Assembly: GCA_043803945.1 (NCBI GenBank)
Contig: JAZDJN010000091.1
Span: 1-64,000, forward strand
Length of the DNA stretch: 64,000 bases
DNA from: a bacterium
GTDB lineage: Bacteria; Bacteroidota; Ignavibacteria; UBA10030
Direction of reading: 5' to 3'
Shown: positions 10,072-18,700 of the stretch, in pieces
Layout: each line of letters opens with the position of its first letter
Numbering within the stretch: position 1 is the stretch's first letter
Position numbers and translations under genes: made by a program
The notes under the pieces: generated by a model
Databases searched by the model: none
Told to the model about the DNA's origin: nothing
What the model saw: the letters and a program-made list of their open reading frames with translations, nothing else

Positions 10072-10827
10072 TTAACTAAAGAAAATTCCGCCATTGATTT
10101 CGACCGATTCACCGTTGATGAATGAAGATTCGTCAGAGGCAAGAAATGTTACAAGGTTTGCCACTTCGCCGGCCTCTCCTTCTCGTCCGAGCGGTGTCAT
10201 ACCTGCTACACGCTGGCGGACTTCAGGTTTCGTAAAGGTATTATGGAATGTGGTATTGATCATACCAGGTGAAACGGCATTGACTCGAATTTTTCTGGGG
10301 CCAAGTTCCTTCGCCAAACCACGGGTAAACGTTAAAACACCTCCCTTTGCAGCGGCATACGCGATCGCACCGGACCCTCCGCCGTCTCGTGCCGCCTGAG
10401 AAGTGAAATTCACAATTGCCCCGCCGTCTGCCATAAACGGAAGGACCGCTTTCGTGACCAGGAACGTACTCTTCAAGTTCAAGCCCAGGACAAAATCCCA
10501 GAAGGCCTCATCCATCTCCTCCATTTTCTTCCGTGCCACAAGGCCTCCGGCAATATTGATGAGCAGATGAATCTGTCCTCCCAATGCTTCGCGGGTTTGT
10601 GTGACCAATCGTTCAATCTCGTTCTGCTTTGTCACATCAGCTTGAAGTGCGATAGCCGCTCCCCCATCTGCTTTTATCAGCCTTACTGTTTCCTCGGCAT
10701 CCAATGGATTATCAAAGAAATTTACTGCAACCTTGGCACCATGCTTTGCCAGTGACAGAGAGACAGCCCTGCCAATATCCCGTGCACCTCCGGTAACCAG
10801 TGCAACTTTTCCCGTAAGATCAACCAT
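10072..10827 (-). CDS. SDR oxidoreductase, probable DEH reductase
   Basis: TGGARDIG, YAAAK, SQAARDGGG and PGMI.T.FH motifs, as in alginate-pathway DEH reductases; operon context. Confidence 0.8.
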   Translation of the reverse strand: MVDLTGKVALVTGGARDIGRAVSLSLAKHGAKVAVNFFDNPLDAEETVRLIKADGGAAIALQADVTKQNEIERLVTQTREALGGQIHLLINIAGGLVARKKMEEMDEAFWDFVLGLNLKSTFLVTKAVLPFMADGGAIVNFTSQAARDGGGSGAIAYAAAKGGVLTFTRGLAKELGPRKIRVNAVSPGMINTTFHNTFTKPEVRQRVAGMTPLGREGEAGEVANLVTFLASDESSFINGESVEINGGIFFS

Positions 10828-10845
10828 AGATGCTCCTATTCGTTT

Positions 10846-13248
10846 TTAAAATGGAATTGACTTTCCTAAAATTAGCGGAAGGATTTTCTCCTTACCCGAT
10901 TGAGTGCGAAACGTACATTGAGCGATTTCTCCTTTTAGGAGAGTGAGTGACTCAAGTTCCCCATTGACAAGCGAGAATTCCATCGATGCCGGCCGTTGAC
11001 ATGTAACGAAGATTCCATTGTAACGCAGCTCAGTCATTTCACCGCACACCAGCGTCACCAGAGTATCTCCAACAGACTGGCTAATAACCATTTTCCCAAC
11101 GAGTTGAATTTGGCCGGCACGAATTTCTTTCCCCTTCCCTTCCAAAATCTGCCAACGCCTTTCTCCTAAAGTGATTTCGATTTCGGAATACTCTCCTTCC
11201 CTTTTCGTTATCGATGGGATAATGTGATCGTTTGTTCGGCCCGGATACAGCAGGGTGGAAAAGCTATACCCTTGTTGAGGGGCAGATTCAAATTGAATAC
11301 TCTGGGTTGAGGCAACGGACTGTTTGGTTAGTCTCAACGCCTGATGATCTGCCTGTAAAATCCTCAGTTGAACATTACCCTTTTTCTGGATTGCCTCTCC
11401 CTTTTTCTCATTCGTATCGTACACTCCCTGCCAGATCTGTTTATAGCGGTGTGTTGCGGTTGAAGAAAAGTTATCGACCACAACCCAGCAAATCGGTTTA
11501 AGGAAATAGACAGATCGGGTGTAGTGCACGCCATGATCTTCATATGCATTGTGACTTGCTTTTAAATAATCGAATGAAGAACCGCTGAGCCATTGATGAA
11601 CCTGAGGGATAGGAAGTGTCTTCCACCGTCCGAAGCCGGTTCGGGCTTTGTTATCGATCCAATCCCGCCCCTGCAGAAGATCGTCGACAAGAGCTACATT
11701 TTTTACAAGTGAATTTTTTAAGATTTTATAGGATGAATCGCTGTAGCGGACATGATAATTCGGCAATAATTCGATCCCGAATCCATAGGCAATCAGGCCG
11801 AGAATTCCGCCATGAGTATGGTCGGGTTTGTCCTTCGCCAATCCCGCATCGATAATCGCGTAGAGGTCATCCTTTTGCCATCCTGATCGCATCACGAAAT
11901 ACCGTGTCTGCGGCAATTCGAGCGAACCGACCTTCGGAATCGAACGCCCGAGTTTCTCAAATTCATCAATCGAATTCTTCTCAAAGAACCAAAAGAGGCT
12001 TGAAGGCATTTGCACTGCGCTGAAGTATTTGTATTCAGTATTTCGAAAAAGCGCAGCACCAATACTGAAGTACTCCTCTTCGGTGGGTTCGGAAAGTTCG
12101 GCAATTTCGTTGCTTGTTGATTGGGTCCTGGATTGAGCATCCTGGAGAACCGGCATCTGTCTGTTGGGCATTGCTACGGCGAGCATCGCATCGAACATTT
12201 TTTGAAAACGCTCTTCAAACAATTGCGGGAGCTGGACTGTATTCAATTTCGAGAGTTGGTAAATCCGGAAGTAATTCATCACATCAAGTTTGAAATAATG
12301 CGAGGCACGTTCAACCTGAAAACCGTCGGGAGGGATTTCCTTCTCCACATGCTCCAGAATAGTCTTGAGTGCCTTTCGGTTCCACTCTCGCATGACAGGG
12401 AACTCAGGATAGAGGAGCGACACTTCATAAAGTGCGACAAGTCCGACAAGCTGGTGATTCCCCCAGTTGAACTTTTCTGAAACATCCATGAGGCGTGCGC
12501 CATGGAGCAGAAATACTTTGAGCATCAGCAGATGATCGTCTGCTGTATATTTATCGGATGCGAGGAGAAGGTGGTGAACAACAAGCCAATTCCTCAGGCG
12601 ATGCCCTCCGTAAAACCGCTCAAAAACATCGTTTGCTCCGGCTTCTGCATTCCCCGATTCATAATCCGCGACGAAATCCTGTATATGAGCTCTCAGATAC
12701 TGGAGGTATCTAGCATCATCCCGCTGCAGATAATAGGTTAACGCAATATTCTCAGCCTGCCATTGCCGGGCAAGAAACCGGACCGTATTGGGCGTATGTG
12801 CTCTTCCGAGCAGATCTTTACCGGGTAATTTCCAATCGACATCGCTGCCGTAGGTCCGTATATACTCATCTGCCTGACGCTTGATCTTCTTCAACTCAAC
12901 CGGATATCGCTGTTGGAACTCACTAAAACGTTCTGGGATATCCGAGATCTGGAAGAAATATCTGGGAGCGGTCCGAGTACGGAAATAATTTGTCAGGAGG
13001 CGAATCGCGGCCGCAGTATCCCGTAATCCAACCGCCTTCTCCAATTCGGCGAGAAGCGGAAAGTTTGGATCAAGTTGAGCGAAGAGTTCACTTGTGGAGA
13101 GAAATCGATTACGCGGAACTTGATCGCTTCCTTTTTGCTGGCTAGCGAGGGAATTGCCAAGGAAGAATGTACCAAGAACGATCCACACGACGAACGAACC
13201 GTTGCACATGCTTTGGGAGTAATTGTTGTTCAGGAAACGAAGTCTCAT
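10846..13248 (-). CDS. Heparinase II/III family polysaccharide lyase
   Basis: GNHQ, DGFQ.ER.SHY, YFVMRSGW and H.H motifs; N-terminal signal-like segment. Confidence 0.75.
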   Translation of the reverse strand: MRLRFLNNNYSQSMCNGSFVVWIVLGTFFLGNSLASQQKGSDQVPRNRFLSTSELFAQLDPNFPLLAELEKAVGLRDTAAAIRLLTNYFRTRTAPRYFFQISDIPERFSEFQQRYPVELKKIKRQADEYIRTYGSDVDWKLPGKDLLGRAHTPNTVRFLARQWQAENIALTYYLQRDDARYLQYLRAHIQDFVADYESGNAEAGANDVFERFYGGHRLRNWLVVHHLLLASDKYTADDHLLMLKVFLLHGARLMDVSEKFNWGNHQLVGLVALYEVSLLYPEFPVMREWNRKALKTILEHVEKEIPPDGFQVERASHYFKLDVMNYFRIYQLSKLNTVQLPQLFEERFQKMFDAMLAVAMPNRQMPVLQDAQSRTQSTSNEIAELSEPTEEEYFSIGAALFRNTEYKYFSAVQMPSSLFWFFEKNSIDEFEKLGRSIPKVGSLELPQTRYFVMRSGWQKDDLYAIIDAGLAKDKPDHTHGGILGLIAYGFGIELLPNYHVRYSDSSYKILKNSLVKNVALVDDLLQGRDWIDNKARTGFGRWKTLPIPQVHQWLSGSSFDYLKASHNAYEDHGVHYTRSVYFLKPICWVVVDNFSSTATHRYKQIWQGVYDTNEKKGEAIQKKGNVQLRILQADHQALRLTKQSVASTQSIQFESAPQQGYSFSTLLYPGRTNDHIIPSITKREGEYSEIEITLGERRWQILEGKGKEIRAGQIQLVGKMVISQSVGDTLVTLVCGEMTELRYNGIFVTCQRPASMEFSLVNGELESLTLLKGEIAQCTFRTQSGKEKILPLILGKSIPF

Positions 13249-13272
13249 ACTGATAAATGAATGAATGATACT

Positions 13273-13986
13273 CTACTTTTTACAACCGTAGGTTTTGATG
13301 ATATGTTCTTCTGCAATTTTCAAATGATTCTGCATCATGCGAAACGCTTCCTTCTCATCGCGTTTGAGAATCGCCTTGAGAACCTTGGTATGCCATTCAA
13401 TCGCCGATTGATGGGCATTTTTTATCACCGAATAGACGTCCGTTTTAATTTTCGGCATCAACCGGTGAATTGGGTCGAGCAGGAGCGGGATAATTGGATT
13501 TTCAGACGCTCGGGCAATATCCAGATGGAATGTCATATCAAGCCGTGAGAGTTCACCATGATCGCCCTTAAATGCTGTAAGTTCAGCGAGGTCATGCGAA
13601 AGCTTCTCGATGTCTTCTGCTGTATGATGTTTTGCCGCGGCAGCGGCTATGGGCGGTTCGATTAACTGGCGTGCATGGATGACATCCAGGACATAGTTGC
13701 GATCATACGTGAGATGAAGGTAGAGATGCATGGGATTGGTGACCGTTTCTGCCGAGGGATTTTTCACAAAGACTCCCTTGCCTTTGACGATGGTTACCAA
13801 ACCACGACCGCTCAGCATGCGCAATGCTTCTCGGATGGCCGTTCTGCTGACTCCGAATTGAGAACAGAGTTCTTGTTCGGAAGGAAGCTTCGAACCGGGA
13901 GAGATCGTTTTCGAGAGAATCGCTTCCTCGATTTTTGCTTCGATAGACTTGCTGAGAAGCATCCGTTCACCAATGGGAGTAAAGAT
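13273..13986 (-). CDS. GntR/FadR family transcriptional regulator
   Basis: wHTH motif KLPSEQEL...GVSRTAIREAL and an FCD domain. First ATG is at 13962, but the RBS points to an in-frame ATC at 13986. Confidence 0.9.
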   Translation of the reverse strand: MFTPIGERMLLSKSIEAKIEEAILSKTISPGSKLPSEQELCSQFGVSRTAIREALRMLSGRGLVTIVKGKGVFVKNPSAETVTNPMHLYLHLTYDRNYVLDVIHARQLIEPPIAAAAAKHHTAEDIEKLSHDLAELTAFKGDHGELSRLDMTFHLDIARASENPIIPLLLDPIHRLMPKIKTDVYSVIKNAHQSAIEWHTKVLKAILKRDEKEAFRMMQNHLKIAEEHIIKTYGCKK

Positions 13987-14001
13987 AGTTCTGTCTCCTT
14001 A

Positions 14002-14052
14002 TATGATGTATGACATCATACCAACGGTAAAAAAAAAGAAGTTGGATGTCAA
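14002..14052 (-). promoter_or_regulatory. Sigma70-like promoter with palindromic operator
   Basis: TTGACA-17-TACCGT on the - strand, immediately followed by the perfect inverted repeat TATGATGT-N3-ACATCATA (14002-14020). Confidence 0.65.
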
Positions 14053-14206
14053 GGATTTTATTAAAGTGAAGAATATTTTTCACCCGCCATATAGTATCCC
14101 CGCAGCAGCCTGCCCTGCCTAACGTTGGTGGCAACTTCACTGCAGCATGAATTCGTCGGCGAACGGAGTGAAAGGAAAGCCAGAGAAATGTTCAACAGGA
14201 AATGCG

Positions 14207-15502
14207 TTAAGCCGATTTGCGTTTAATAACAATCAGAGACAAATCATCGGCAGTGGAATTCGCATCGTAAAATTTCTGAATATCTTCATGAATCGAGCTT
14301 ACCAGCTCCGAGCATGGTTTGGTCCTGTTCTCTTGGACACTGGCGATCAGGCGTCCTTCACCAAACTCCACACCATTATTGTTGGTGGCATGAAGAACGC
14401 CATCGGAGTACAGGAGGAGAACATCACCAGCATTTAACTGAACAGTATCCTGGCCGTAGGGAAATCCTTCAAGTGCCCCCAGGAGTATTCCACCAGTACT
14501 AAGCTGCTTTGGCCATCCATCGCTCTGGAAATAGTAGGGATGCTCATGGCCCGCATTGCAAAAGGTGAAGATCCCCGTTGCAGGATCCAGAATTCCAAAG
14601 AAAAGGCTTAACTGGCCGATATTCAGATCGGCCTGGATAATCAGATCATTCCACCTGCGGGCATAGTCACGCGGTTCCGCCTCGTGAAGAAGCTGACCCC
14701 GGAATGCCATCTGCAGCCTTGCAATCCTCAGCGCTGCATCGATACTCTCACCGCTTACATCAATCAGGTAAAGGGCCACCTTTCGATTTGGCAGATGGAC
14801 GATGTCAAAAAAATCTCCACGAATTATTCTTGCCGGAATCAGGCTTCCCGCAATCTCATACTCCGTCAGTTCGAGATTGGTCTTCGGAAGCATGCCTGCC
14901 TGGATATGTTGTGCCAGCCGATCGCGCTCTGCACGTTGAATCCGGGCGAGTTCCTCCCTCTTCCCTCGCACCATTTCAAATATCTGGTCGATCTGTTGTG
15001 CTACAAGCGGCAGGAGGTGGGTATCCGCCCGGGAGAAATCCGATTCCTCCGGGAGATTGAAGAGAGCGATAATCCCTTCCGAAGTATTTTGGTGAAGGAT
15101 CGGAGCGGCAAGGAAATTTGTCGGACAGGTGATCCATGGAAGTTTTCTCGGAAATTCCTGAATAAGCGGATGATTGAGAAGAATGGAATTCCGACCTTCT
15201 TCAATCCATCTGATGAGATCATCCGTGATTGAAAATTGCTGCCGCGTTCCACTTGTTACCTGGAGTGGGTGCAGCACGGCATTTGCAACGGGGCGAAAAA
15301 GGATGCTGCATTGACCGACATTGTAAGCACGCACAAGACAATCGGCAATCGTCGTGAGAATCTGCTCCTGACTTTGATTAACATCGACAAGGGTATTAAT
15401 TTCATAGAGCAGTGAAAGCTCACGGAGAGATTCACGTAACCGGTTCACTTCATCATCGGGTGGCGTCGTAACTATCCCCATGGGATTGCTTTTCACGGTC
15501 AC
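14207..15502 (-). CDS. GAF + PP2C/SpoIIE (RsbU-like) phosphatase
   Basis: GDFFD, DVSG, NAGHE.P, LYSDGV and DDLSLI motifs; N-terminal GAF-like region. Confidence 0.85.
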   Translation of the reverse strand: MTVKSNPMGIVTTPPDDEVNRLRESLRELSLLYEINTLVDVNQSQEQILTTIADCLVRAYNVGQCSILFRPVANAVLHPLQVTSGTRQQFSITDDLIRWIEEGRNSILLNHPLIQEFPRKLPWITCPTNFLAAPILHQNTSEGIIALFNLPEESDFSRADTHLLPLVAQQIDQIFEMVRGKREELARIQRAERDRLAQHIQAGMLPKTNLELTEYEIAGSLIPARIIRGDFFDIVHLPNRKVALYLIDVSGESIDAALRIARLQMAFRGQLLHEAEPRDYARRWNDLIIQADLNIGQLSLFFGILDPATGIFTFCNAGHEHPYYFQSDGWPKQLSTGGILLGALEGFPYGQDTVQLNAGDVLLLYSDGVLHATNNNGVEFGEGRLIASVQENRTKPCSELVSSIHEDIQKFYDANSTADDLSLIVIKRKSA

Positions 15503-15673
15503 ATCTCATTTATTGGTGATGGGGTGCAAACATCATAACGGAAAGAGTATTAAAAAAAATCGTTTGAAGTTCCACATAAAATTTCATTCTTTTTCCTAAG
15601 TCATTGATGTACTTTCATCCTCAGAGATGGGATAGGTGAGTTCACCTTTCCTTGAGGTGAGTAATAAAAGTGC

Positions 15674-18280
15674 CTACCCTCCCGATCCCTTCTCCCCCAT
15701 TGCCAGCACTTCGTTGACCTTCTGTGAAAATTGGCGTGTCGAAAATGGTTTTTGTATGAAATGAACTCCTTCATCAAGAATGCCATGTTTGTTGATCACT
15801 TCTGCTGTATAGCCGGACATAAACAGCACTTTTAATCCGGGTATGATGGCACTTAATTGCTTGTAGAGATTCTTCCCGTCACCGTCCGGAAGAACCACAT
15901 CGGTAATCAACATGTTAATCTCTTTCCCTTCTTTCGTCTCCAGGATGGAAAGCGCCGTTCGTACATCCTTTGCCTCGAGCGTCGTGAATCCTTTTTCTTC
16001 CAGTGATTCGACCAACATCGAGAGTACCTGTTCCTGATCTTCTACCACCAGCACCGTTCCACTGCCCTGCACCGGGAGAGGTGGGGGTATGGATTGTTTG
16101 ATTGGCAGCGCATTGCCATAATATTGGGGGAAAAAAATCTTAAACGTCGTTCCTGAACCCTCTTCGCTATAGACCGTAATAAATCCTCTATGCTGCCTGA
16201 CTATTCCATAAATCATCGAAAGCCCAAGGCCCGTTCCTTTCCCAAGGCCTTTGGTTGTAAAAAATGGTTCAAATATTTTATCCAGATATTCTTTGCCAAT
16301 CCCAACTCCTGTATCGCTGAACGACATCAGAATATATTCTCCGGCAATGGCGCCTTCATATTGCTTTGCGAGATCTTCATCCACAAAAATTGGCGATGTT
16401 TCGACAATGATTGTTCCCCCTCTGGGCATTGCATCCTGTGCGTTTACAGCCAGATTGAGAATAATCTGTGTGAGCTGCCCATGGTCAGCCCGAATGGCCG
16501 GGAGCGAGCCTGCAAGCACATACGTAATCTGGATATCTTCTCTGAGTGTTCGACGAATAATGTCATGCATATCAGAAAGAATCGTATTAAGATCGAATGG
16601 CTTCATCTCCAGTGTCTGTTTGCGAGCAAAGGCGAGTAGTTGACCGACAAGATCGCGCGATTTCAAAGCCGCACGCACAATATGTTCGACTCTGCCCTGC
16701 TCCGTCTCGTTTAGCCGTGGAGAAGATTGCAGCATCTCGGCATATCCGATGATCGGTGTTAACATATTATTGAAATCATGAGCGATTCCTCCCGCGAGAC
16801 GCCCGACCGATTCCATCTTCACGGCCTGGATGAGTTGCTCCTCGAGCCGTTCGCGCTGCTGCTCCGCCAATTTTCGTTCGCTGATATCACGACTGACACC
16901 GATAAGTCCCACCGGTATTCCTTGCGCATCTTTCAGAAATCGAACTGCCAACTCGCTCCAAAAGCGTGACCTATCTTTCTTAACCTGTTCGAGCTCCAGA
17001 ACAACGATTTTATATGGAGACCGCTGGTGTGCCCTCTCTAGCGCAAGTTCTTTTGCCAGGACGGCTGATGCGCTCTCAACAGATTCCGGCGTCATGAAAT
17101 CACTCAGTTTCATCGTGAGCATCTCTTCTGCCTTCCAACCGCTGAACCGTTCTATAGAAGGACTGATGTATGTCAGATTGAAGGAGAGGTCTGTTGTCCA
17201 AATCACATCGGAAATATTTTCAGCGAGAATGCGGTATCGTTCCTCGCTGGTACGGAGGATTTCCTCTGCCTGCCTTCGATCGGTAATATCCTGAAGGATC
17301 CCCACTGAACCTTTGACATTTCCCTGTTCATCCCAGACCGGGACAGCAGAATCTGTAATCCATTTCAGCGTACCATCACGCATACGGATTTGGCAGTCGG
17401 ATTTCCATACCTTCAATTTGCCTTCGGCAGCGCGATGGATCGCCTCTTGCATCGGAAGGCCTGCGGCTTCGCCGATCGGAAATGTTTTGAGCACAAGTGA
17501 ATTCCAGATCTCGGGAGTCATCTCACTCGCGGAATAGCCTGTGAGTTGCAGGATCCCCTCGCCCATGAACGTGTACGTATGAGGCTGCAGCGTGTCCGAG
17601 TAAGGAACCGCTCCAATCGTTTCAATCGCCTGGCGATAGAGCAACTCTGACCTGCGGAATTGTTCTTCAATCTTTTCTTTCTCCTGCATCCGCTTATTGG
17701 CTACCGAGAGTGCACGACGGATACTTAGATTGATGGCGAAGACAACGATCCAACCGATCAGGAAAAAACCTGTGGTGACACTCAAATTGCGGAGCTGAGA
17801 TTGAGCTGCAGAAACCGGCATCATTCCGTGCGAATCGAGGACCATGAACAACACACCGGAAAGTGCACTGAGGAGAACCAGTATGAGTGAAGGAAGCCAT
17901 CCAAACACGGCACCGGAGGCAATGATAGGAATGAGGAAACCGGTGAATGCTGCCGCCTTAAGTCCACCTGCTGTATAGGCAGCAAAAAAAACGGTGAGCC
18001 AGGCTCCACCAATGACGGTGCCACCTGCAATGCGAACATACCCGCGGCGTGCGAGAATCATTCCGGCAAAAGCCACTACCGTCATCGTGCCGCCGATGAC
18101 AAGCCGGCGGAAAAACGCACTTGGATCGATTACCGTATACCCAATATACCAGATTGAAACAACAAACAAGCTCCAGAGCATCGCCTGGATCATGACACTC
18201 TGATGCATAAGTAGTTCATCGGTTCGCGGGGAATCGGGGTGACTGCTTTGATCCGATTGTTCGAGCATTGATCTGTCCAC
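15674..18280 (-). CDS. Membrane hybrid sensor kinase (TM-PAS-PAS-HisKA-HATPase-REC)
   Basis: GRLAGGIAHDFNN, NLAVNA.DAM, FFTTKG.GKGTGLGL; receiver domain VEDQ...TDVVLP...MSGY...KPF. Confidence 0.9.
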   Translation of the reverse strand: MDRSMLEQSDQSSHPDSPRTDELLMHQSVMIQAMLWSLFVVSIWYIGYTVIDPSAFFRRLVIGGTMTVVAFAGMILARRGYVRIAGGTVIGGAWLTVFFAAYTAGGLKAAAFTGFLIPIIASGAVFGWLPSLILVLLSALSGVLFMVLDSHGMMPVSAAQSQLRNLSVTTGFFLIGWIVVFAINLSIRRALSVANKRMQEKEKIEEQFRRSELLYRQAIETIGAVPYSDTLQPHTYTFMGEGILQLTGYSASEMTPEIWNSLVLKTFPIGEAAGLPMQEAIHRAAEGKLKVWKSDCQIRMRDGTLKWITDSAVPVWDEQGNVKGSVGILQDITDRRQAEEILRTSEERYRILAENISDVIWTTDLSFNLTYISPSIERFSGWKAEEMLTMKLSDFMTPESVESASAVLAKELALERAHQRSPYKIVVLELEQVKKDRSRFWSELAVRFLKDAQGIPVGLIGVSRDISERKLAEQQRERLEEQLIQAVKMESVGRLAGGIAHDFNNMLTPIIGYAEMLQSSPRLNETEQGRVEHIVRAALKSRDLVGQLLAFARKQTLEMKPFDLNTILSDMHDIIRRTLREDIQITYVLAGSLPAIRADHGQLTQIILNLAVNAQDAMPRGGTIIVETSPIFVDEDLAKQYEGAIAGEYILMSFSDTGVGIGKEYLDKIFEPFFTTKGLGKGTGLGLSMIYGIVRQHRGFITVYSEEGSGTTFKIFFPQYYGNALPIKQSIPPPLPVQGSGTVLVVEDQEQVLSMLVESLEEKGFTTLEAKDVRTALSILETKEGKEINMLITDVVLPDGDGKNLYKQLSAIIPGLKVLFMSGYTAEVINKHGILDEGVHFIQKPFSTRQFSQKVNEVLAMGEKGSGG

Positions 18281-18636
18281 CTTTTGTGTGATGCTGCTAA
18301 CCTCGGCGGGCCCACATTTTTATAAAACGTCGATATCCGTAACGGCCGTTTGCTATGCTCTTGTGTCTCCATTCACGGAACCACCATCGAATTAACCTTC
18401 ATCCAGGTTTTAATGGCGATCGTATGAGGTGAGTGATCGGAGATCTGATGCAGACTCTCCTGCAACACTTCCTGTGATAATGGATCTCTTCAAACGAACA
18501 GTGGATGAGAGTCTCTGCGATGAATTCTCAATCCCGGTTGATAGGTACTCGAAATTTTTAAATTGTGCAAATATTCTTTACTCAATTCTGGATCCAGAAT
18601 AGCAAGGCATCAGGCCCAGGGATTCAATCCTTACAC

Positions 18637-18662
18637 AAAAGCCCAGCAACTGCCGGGCTTTC
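18637..18662 (-). terminator. Intrinsic terminator
   Basis: aaagccc.gca/tgccgggcttt hairpin downstream of the 18701 stop. Confidence 0.65.
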
Positions 18663-18700
18663 GCTTTGAGTTCAACCATCACATGATTGAGTAATGAACC

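Noticed and set aside
14117-14212. Integron attC site (GCTTAAC at the phosphatase stop ... GTTAGGC)
   Set aside because: The core sites fit, but the inner L boxes are not complementary, and no integrase or cassette array is nearby.
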